A DNA stretch of 64,000 nucleotides from an uncultured Acidobacteriota bacterium (GTDB lineage Bacteria > Acidobacteriota > UBA6911 > RPQK01 > JAPXNP01): the NCBI GenBank assembly GCA_964524795.1, contig CAZGEH010000016.1, positions 6,889 through 70,888 of the forward strand, in the 5' to 3' direction. Numbering within the stretch: the first letter of the stretch is position 1; each line of letters opens with the position of its first letter. The position numbers and the translations under genes were made by a program. The notes beneath the pieces were generated by a model, which saw nothing but the letters and a program-made list of their open reading frames with translations, did not search any database and was not told the origin of the DNA. Positions 57,730-64,000 of this stretch are shown here, one piece after another.

Positions 57730-59105
57730 ACAGTGAGGGAACCATCGCGGGTGGGGAGGATCCGGCAAAGCTGTCCGGCGACTTCCCGGTTTACCTGGTC
57801 GACGGCCGTCCGTCGTTCGTCCCGGTCTCCCTGGAAGGACGTCCGCGAGTGCTGGTTATTACGATGCCCAAGTCGGGGACATACCTGGTGGCAGCCTTTC
57901 TCAAGGAGTTGGGGCTCATCGACACGGGCGTTCATATCAACGATGATGGCTTTTACGACTACCGCAACCGGACTGTGTCGGAAATGGTCTCCGAGTACCG
58001 CAAGTTCCGGAGGCTCTATCCGCTGGCGCAAAGCCTGGAGCTGGTTCGCGAAGGCCAGTTCGCGGTGGGACATTTGACCTGCAACCCCCAGACGGTCGCA
58101 GCGATCGCCGGCACCTCGGTCATCTTCACCAAGCGGGAACTGCGCAGTGCGCTGGTTTCGATGATGCGCTTTCTCTCACGCCCGGGAAGAGGCGAGGACT
58201 GGGCATGGAAGCGGATCGAGGAGCCGCGGGTACGACTGGTGGAGTTCCTTCACGATCGTGGACCGGAGTTACTGCGCTGGTTCGGATCCATGGCCGACTG
58301 GGACTGCCAGGGCGGCGTTCTGAGGATACGATTCGAGGACCTCACCCGGCCCAGTCGGAAACATGCCCAGGCGGTCGCCGAAAAGGCGGGAGTTGATGTG
58401 TCCCCTCATCGTGCGACCGAAGCCCTCAAGCGGGTCCTCGGTCAGTCGACCAAGACCTGGTCCGGTGGGATCTCGGACACGGCGGCCTACTGGTCGGAGG
58501 CGGCGGAAGTTCTCTTTCGCGAGCTGGGGGGAATCGAGCTGAACGAACGTCTAGGCTATGGGAGCGGCAGGGGCGCTCCCACCGTCCGGCAAGCGCCGCT
58601 CCAGCCGATGTTCTCCGAATATCATCGACTGCTAGAGGAGTCGCACCGCAGCATGGCGGCGCTCCGCATCGAACGCGACGAAGCCGCTTCAGAGAAGACC
58701 AGCCTTGCGCGGTTGCTCGCCGACCAGAGCGCTTACACCTGGCCGAACCTGTGCCGCGTGGCCGCCCGGGCCATCGAACACTGCCGCGAACAAGGGTACC
58801 GCTCAGTGGCCTTCTACGGAGTCGGGGAGCATACCTCCAGGCTGCTGCCCATCTGGGAAGGCCTCGGCGGCCCGGCTGTCGTGGCACTGGTGGTCAGCGA
58901 AAAGCCGGGCTGCCCCAGGTTCGGGCGGCCCGTCATCGCGGCCGGCGGGCCGGTACCGCCGGAGGTCCAGGCGGTGGTCCCGTCGTCCCATACCCACGAA
59001 GCCGCCATGCGGCGGAACTGGCTCTCCCGCCATCCCGAAATCCCCTGGATCCCCCTGTGGGCACCGGACGAGAACCCTCCACAACCTGTGAAAACCCATG
59101 ATTGA
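57726..59105 (+). CDS. Sulfotransferase-like domain plus C-terminal Rossmann-like domain
   Basis: ITMPKSGTYL (PAPS 5'-PSB-like), R..RSALVS, RFEDL; C-terminal FYGVGEHT. Confidence 0.6.
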   Translation: MNSEGTIAGGEDPAKLSGDFPVYLVDGRPSFVPVSLEGRPRVLVITMPKSGTYLVAAFLKELGLIDTGVHINDDGFYDYRNRTVSEMVSEYRKFRRLYPLAQSLELVREGQFAVGHLTCNPQTVAAIAGTSVIFTKRELRSALVSMMRFLSRPGRGEDWAWKRIEEPRVRLVEFLHDRGPELLRWFGSMADWDCQGGVLRIRFEDLTRPSRKHAQAVAEKAGVDVSPHRATEALKRVLGQSTKTWSGGISDTAAYWSEAAEVLFRELGGIELNERLGYGSGRGAPTVRQAPLQPMFSEYHRLLEESHRSMAALRIERDEAASEKTSLARLLADQSAYTWPNLCRVAARAIEHCREQGYRSVAFYGVGEHTSRLLPIWEGLGGPAVVALVVSEKPGCPRFGRPVIAAGGPVPPEVQAVVPSSHTHEAAMRRNWLSRHPEIPWIPLWAPDENPPQPVKTHD

Positions 59106-61770
59106 AAGCATCGGTTGTCTGTCCTACACGCCCCTGGGTTACGGGACGCCCCAGATTGTCTACCTGCTCCGCGACCTGGTGCGTCACTGCCGAACACGCG
59201 TGCCGGCCGGGGTCTTCGCCCCGCGCTGGGAGTCTCACCCCGACCGCGACGAACAGTTCCCGGACTTGGCCGTCCACCACTTCTGGCCCATCGACGAGCA
59301 TCGTGCCGCCATCGGCTCGGTCATCCCGGAACTGGTGGCCTACGCGAAGGCAAGACGGTTCCGGCGTCTGGGCGTTTACGGCGCCGGCACCCACACGCGG
59401 GCGCTGCTGGAGGTCTGGCGTGCCCACCACGGCCCCGAGATCACCACACTCATCACCTCGGAGATTCCCGCGCAACCCGAATTCGCCGGAATTCCCGTCA
59501 TCGGCATCGAGCAGCTCGAGCCGCAGGGCCTGGATTTCGTGATCCTTTCTTCCCGGAGCTTCGAGAAGGAGATGGCCGCCAACATGCGCCGCCACCGGCC
59601 GGAGATTCCCTTTGCGGCCATCTATGATGGGCACCTGTCCCGTTACCCGGCAGGACGGAACCCCTCCTCCGGTGTCCTGACGCCGCTGCAGTACGACGAT
59701 TACAGGGCGGCCAGCGCCGCCCGCTGGCTGGACGCCTGGCGCCCGGACCTCCTGGTCTGCACCCACTACACCTATTTCGAAGCCGTTCTCAAGGCAACCC
59801 ATCAGCCGAAGTACATCATCTACCAAGCATCTGAGCTACCTGGCGGGTCCGACGGGAGTCCGCTCCGAAGCAAACACTGGGAGGAACACCACCTCCTGCG
59901 GTCCCGGATCTCGCTGGCCATTTACCCGGAGCCGGAGCGGCGGGCTTACTACGAAAGGCTGTTCCGTTGGGAGGGAGTCCCGGGGGTGTGGATCTACAAC
60001 GCCGCCCCCTGCAACCCCCAGCCTCCGCTACCCTCGACAGCCCGCAACGGCAGGGTGATCCTCCAGGGATCCCTGGGCGCGGACCGCAACTTCGTCAGCT
60101 ACCTCGTGCAACGCTCGACTGCCAGCCCTCAGGTCGACCTGTACGGACGTCTTCCCGACCAGGACCGCGCCTGCGCCATCCTGCGGGACCGCAAGGCCGC
60201 CCGGGAACACGGCCTCCGGTACCAGGGACTGCTGGACAACCGGGGACTCGCTGCCCGGCGCCGTGAGTACGCGTGGTCCCTGGTCAGTTGGAACCCTGAC
60301 TCGTTCGACACCCTGCATGCCTGTCCCAACAAGTTCTTCGAGTCCATCGCCGACGGCGTCCCCCCCATCGCCGGCCCCCACCCGCAGTGCCGGGAAGTGA
60401 TCGAGACCTACGACTGCGGAATCCTGTTGCAGGACTGGTCGCTGGGCGCCTTCGAGGAGGGTCTGCGGGAAGCGGAGGCGGTCTTCGGCACCGAACGCTA
60501 CCAGCGGTTGGTGGAAAACTGCCGGCGGGCTCACCAGACCGAGCTTTGCTGGGAGAAACAGTTCGCCAAACTGCGCCCGTTTCTACCACCGGCAGGCCGG
60601 CGGCGCAGCCGCGGGCGCCGTCCAAAATTCATCCTGCTCGACCCCACCCTGAAATCCGAGGTGGGCCATCACTATCACTATGCCCAGCACGTCCTGGCGG
60701 GCAGTCGGGAATTGGGAGCCCAGGCCGTCGCCGGCACCAACCGCCAACTGACCGTGACACTCGATGCGGCCGAGCGCCTGTACCCGGTCTACTGGTACGA
60801 CTTTTGGGGCCGCAATCTCGGGCTGCCCAATCTGCCCCGGGGTCGCCGCACCAGTGCCCACTTCCTGCGGCAAACCCGCCTGGTGCTGGATGCCGAAGGC
60901 GCCGGCACCGCCGACCAGGTGTTCATTCCCAACATCTCGGATGAAGACCTGGCCGCATTGTCGAGATTCCTCGTCACTGCCTTGCGGGAGCCCGGACCAC
61001 GCTGGCACCTGTTCCTGCGCCACGATGTTCCCCAGGAAGACGGCACCAGGGTGCGGGCTCTCCGGTCACTCTCCCGCTACCGGGACAGGGTCTGTTGCTG
61101 GACGGACACCGAGGAGCTGGCCGCCCAGCATCGGGAGGCGGCCGGGGTGGAGGTTGGGGTCCTGCCGATCCCGGTGTCCTTGCACCCGGTTCCGGAGCCG
61201 CCACGCCGCCGGGGGGGGTTGCTGCGGGTGGGCTACCTGGGAGACGCCCGGCGGGAGAAGGGGTACACCTGGCTGCCCGAGGTGATCCGGGCCGTGCAGC
61301 ATCTGACAACTTCCGACCGTCTCGCCTTCACGATTCAGACGGTCACAAACGGCGCCGACGCCGACTGCGACCGCGTGACCGCGGAACTTGGATCCCTGCC
61401 GCTGGGTCCGGGCGGCCGTCTGTTGCCGCAACGCCTTTCCACCGCCGAATACGAAGCCCTGCTGGACGAAATGGACGTCGTGCTGGCACTGTATGAACCC
61501 GTTGCGTACCGGAGACGCAGTTCTCACGTGGTGGTGGAGGCGTTGTGCCGCGGCAAGGCCGTACTCTTGACAGAGGGAACTGCGCCGGCGCGCCTGCTGC
61601 CTCCCGAGGCCGGCTGGACCTGTCATGGAGCTGAGGAGGCGGGCCGGGTTCTGGCCCGGCTGGCGGAGCAAGTGTCAGACCGAAGCGGGCTGCTGGCCAC
61701 CACCCGGCGGGAGGAGCTGGCGGCTTTCCACTGCGGCCGCCGGCTGGCGGAAATGTTGCTCTCCGCTTAG
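59098..61770 (+). CDS. Multidomain glycosyltransferase (two GT-B modules)
   Basis: CPNKFFESIADGVP in the first module; VGYLGDARREKG and SSHVVVEALCRGK in the second. Confidence 0.75.
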   Translation: MIESIGCLSYTPLGYGTPQIVYLLRDLVRHCRTRVPAGVFAPRWESHPDRDEQFPDLAVHHFWPIDEHRAAIGSVIPELVAYAKARRFRRLGVYGAGTHTRALLEVWRAHHGPEITTLITSEIPAQPEFAGIPVIGIEQLEPQGLDFVILSSRSFEKEMAANMRRHRPEIPFAAIYDGHLSRYPAGRNPSSGVLTPLQYDDYRAASAARWLDAWRPDLLVCTHYTYFEAVLKATHQPKYIIYQASELPGGSDGSPLRSKHWEEHHLLRSRISLAIYPEPERRAYYERLFRWEGVPGVWIYNAAPCNPQPPLPSTARNGRVILQGSLGADRNFVSYLVQRSTASPQVDLYGRLPDQDRACAILRDRKAAREHGLRYQGLLDNRGLAARRREYAWSLVSWNPDSFDTLHACPNKFFESIADGVPPIAGPHPQCREVIETYDCGILLQDWSLGAFEEGLREAEAVFGTERYQRLVENCRRAHQTELCWEKQFAKLRPFLPPAGRRRSRGRRPKFILLDPTLKSEVGHHYHYAQHVLAGSRELGAQAVAGTNRQLTVTLDAAERLYPVYWYDFWGRNLGLPNLPRGRRTSAHFLRQTRLVLDAEGAGTADQVFIPNISDEDLAALSRFLVTALREPGPRWHLFLRHDVPQEDGTRVRALRSLSRYRDRVCCWTDTEELAAQHREAAGVEVGVLPIPVSLHPVPEPPRRRGGLLRVGYLGDARREKGYTWLPEVIRAVQHLTTSDRLAFTIQTVTNGADADCDRVTAELGSLPLGPGGRLLPQRLSTAEYEALLDEMDVVLALYEPVAYRRRSSHVVVEALCRGKAVLLTEGTAPARLLPPEAGWTCHGAEEAGRVLARLAEQVSDRSGLLATTRREELAAFHCGRRLAEMLLSA

Positions 61771-61865
61771 GAAGCTGCCGCCCCTCGATGAGCCGCCGGC
61801 CATCCTGTAAGCTCGAGGGGGCCAGAAGGCTGCAAAACCATCACCCAGCGGGCAGATCGGGGGTA

Positions 61866-63056
61866 ATGAAAACCGTCCTCTCATTCTTCGGCACCCGCCC
61901 CGAGGTCATCAAGATGGCCCCGGTGGCGCATGCCTTCGCGGAGCTTGCCACTCCCGGGATCGCCCACCGTCTGTGCAACACCGGCCAACACCGGGACCTG
62001 GTCCGCCCGCTGCTCGACTGGTTCGGGCTGGAGGCGGACTACTCCCTCGACCTGATGACCGACAACCAGAGCCTGGCCGGCTTCACCGCCCGCGCCCTGA
62101 CGGCGGTCGATCGACTGCTCGCCGAGGTTCGCCCGGACCTTGTTCTTTGCCAGGGCGATACCACCACCGCCATGGTGGTGGCCCTGGCCGCGTTCTTCCG
62201 GCGGATCCCGGTCGGCCACGTGGAGGCCGGACTCCGGACCCACAACCGTTTCGCGCCGTTCCCCGAGGAGATCAACCGGTGCATCATCGACCTGGTGGCG
62301 GATCACTGCTTCGCGCCCACCGCCCGGTCGGCTGAAGAGCTGCGGAAGGCCGGTGTCACCGAAGACCGGATCACCGTAACCGGCAACACCGCCATCGACG
62401 CCCTTTTGTGGACCCTCAAAAAGCTGAAGGCTACAGCGCTGTCTTCCCTGAACCCGCCGCCGCCGGTTGGAGAGCTGCTGGCAGTGGGAGCCTCCGCCGA
62501 GCTCGCCCTGGTCACAGCCCACCGCAGAGAGTCCTTCGGCGGAGGCATCGGCCGTATCGCCCGCGCCGTGAAACGTCTCGTCCATGATTTCCCCCATTTC
62601 CAGTGGATCTGGCCCGTACATCCCAACCCCAACGTCCGCAGGCCCCTGCAGAAGATTCTCCGGGATGAGCGGCGCATCCACCTGCTGGAGCCTCTGGACT
62701 ACCCCCTGCTCTGCTCTCTGCTGTCCCGCAGCACACTGGTCCTGACCGACTCCGGGGGACTCCAGGAGGAGTGCCCCACCCTGGGCGTCCCGGTATTCGT
62801 GATGCGGGAGGTCTCCGAACGCCCGGAGGGGATCGATGCCGGCAACGCGGTTCTCGCTGGCACCGACGAAGAGTCCATTGTGCAGGCGGTTCGCCGTTTC
62901 TTCGAGGACGAAGAGGTCCGCACCCGCATGCGCACTCCCCGACCGGTCTACGGTGACGGGACCGCGGGCCTCCAGATCGCGCGGATCTGCAGCGGCATCC
63001 TTGCCGGTTCGAATGCACACGCCGAGAGAGGACCGCGCGAGGGGACCCGGAGCTGA
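61866..63056 (+). CDS. wecB: UDP-N-acetylglucosamine 2-epimerase (non-hydrolysing)
   Basis: FGTRPEVIKMAP, TGQH, QGDT, GHVEAGLRT, FPEE.NR, TAHRRES, TDSGGLQEE, ERPEG. Confidence 0.95.
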   Translation: MKTVLSFFGTRPEVIKMAPVAHAFAELATPGIAHRLCNTGQHRDLVRPLLDWFGLEADYSLDLMTDNQSLAGFTARALTAVDRLLAEVRPDLVLCQGDTTTAMVVALAAFFRRIPVGHVEAGLRTHNRFAPFPEEINRCIIDLVADHCFAPTARSAEELRKAGVTEDRITVTGNTAIDALLWTLKKLKATALSSLNPPPPVGELLAVGASAELALVTAHRRESFGGGIGRIARAVKRLVHDFPHFQWIWPVHPNPNVRRPLQKILRDERRIHLLEPLDYPLLCSLLSRSTLVLTDSGGLQEECPTLGVPVFVMREVSERPEGIDAGNAVLAGTDEESIVQAVRRFFEDEEVRTRMRTPRPVYGDGTAGLQIARICSGILAGSNAHAERGPREGTRS

Positions 63057-63074
63057 CGCCGTCCCGGCGCACCC

Positions 63075-64000
63075 ATGATCACCATCGTCGTCACCGGCAG
63101 GAACGATGATTACGGGGGGGATTTTGAAAACCGCCTGCTGCGAACCGCCCGCCACAACCTCAAGCTCCTTTCGGCGGCCGGCGTCCCGGCGGAATACCTC
63201 CTCTGCGAATGGAACCCGCTGCCGGACCGTCCTCCGCTTGCCCGGGCCTTCACGGCGGCTTTCCCCAGGGGCCGGGCGGTGGTGGTGGAACCCGCCGTCC
63301 ACCAGGCCTACACGCTGAATCCCCACATGGCGTTCCACGAGATGGCGGCCAAAAACGCCGGCATCCGCCGGTCCCGGGGCCACTGGATCCTGGTCACCAA
63401 CGCCGACATCCTGCTGGACGACTCGCTTGTGGACCGGCTCGCCACCGGCCCGCTTCAGCCGGGTGTCTTTTACCGCGCCCACCGAATCGACGTGCCGTCC
63501 CACCTGGAGTGGCCCGAACTGAAAGCACCCCGCCACCAGCTCACATCCGGCGAAGGACGGCTGCCGCCACCCTACTATCTGGGCGCGGGCGGCGACTTCG
63601 TCCTCGCCGCCCGCGACACATGGCTCCGGTCCACCGGCTTCAACGAGGCGGTGCGCTGGACCACCCGGGCCAAGGACTGGCAGTTTTTTCTTGGCGTCGC
63701 CGCCCGCGCTATCCCCATCCAGTTCCTCGGGGACGTCTACCATCTCGACCACGCCCAGGGTTTCCGCCGGACGCCCCAGGAGCAGCGCGACTCCGCAGCC
63801 GCCCACTTCGGCGGCAACTGGGATTTCGAGTTTGGCATCCCGGTGACCAACCGGGAGGGGTGGGGACTTGTCCATTGCCGCGAGGAGGTGGAACCGGGAT
63901 GCCGCATCACCACCCTGCGCCTGGCGGGCCGGCTCTTTACGGCCGCCGAGGAGGCCGAGGACCGCCAGTGGCAACAATGGCTCGGGCCGCCTTCAGGCGA
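63075..64000 (+). CDS. GT-A/GT2-like protein, truncated by the window end
   Basis: MITIVVTGRNDDYGGDF...AAKNAGIRRSRGHWILVTNADIL...AGGDF; open to 64000, so absent from the ORF track. Confidence 0.7.
   Translation, partial: MITIVVTGRNDDYGGDFENRLLRTARHNLKLLSAAGVPAEYLLCEWNPLPDRPPLARAFTAAFPRGRAVVVEPAVHQAYTLNPHMAFHEMAAKNAGIRRSRGHWILVTNADILLDDSLVDRLATGPLQPGVFYRAHRIDVPSHLEWPELKAPRHQLTSGEGRLPPPYYLGAGGDFVLAARDTWLRSTGFNEAVRWTTRAKDWQFFLGVAARAIPIQFLGDVYHLDHAQGFRRTPQEQRDSAAAHFGGNWDFEFGIPVTNREGWGLVHCREEVEPGCRITTLRLAGRLFTAAEEAEDRQWQQWLGPPSG

Overview
GC-rich bacterial genomic window. An Acidobacteriota-like origin is only an inference from protein style. No rRNA, tRNA, CRISPR array, integrase or IS was recognised. 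Layout: (1) a secreted class A beta-lactamase-like serine hydrolase; (2) a decayed defence island at 1652-9600 (HTH remnant, SNF2/DUF3883 helicase, AlbA_2/HATPase protein, ParA-like ATPase, frameshifted DUF1156 methylase joined by an apparent deletion to the 3' part of a DUF499 ATPase); (3) a tandem FGE-sulfatase protein and a C39 peptidase/RimK/GCS2/formylglutamate amidohydrolase operon; (4) a DoxX fusion, a large G-rich 8-mer palindrome, and an iscS-iscU-isomerase-araB-araD-glycoside hydrolase run; (5) hsp20, ridA, eda, kdgK, secreted orphans, rnhA, SRAP, uxaA-like, fhs, cNMP protein, HD-GYP regulator, ddpX, terB-like; (6) two divergent genes with in-frame TGA codons, each followed by a SECIS-like hairpin: a Sec-peroxiredoxin and an unannotated 50-aa membrane microprotein that may be a novel selenoprotein (best finding); (7) GH42, FHA-GAF-PP2C, DUF4136-like, DNRLRE/Calx-beta, rlmI; (8) the start of a surface polysaccharide locus with a Campylobacter-type GDP-heptose modification pathway, a sulfotransferase-like protein, glycosyltransferases and wecB. 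Family assignments come from motif recognition by eye, not database searches.
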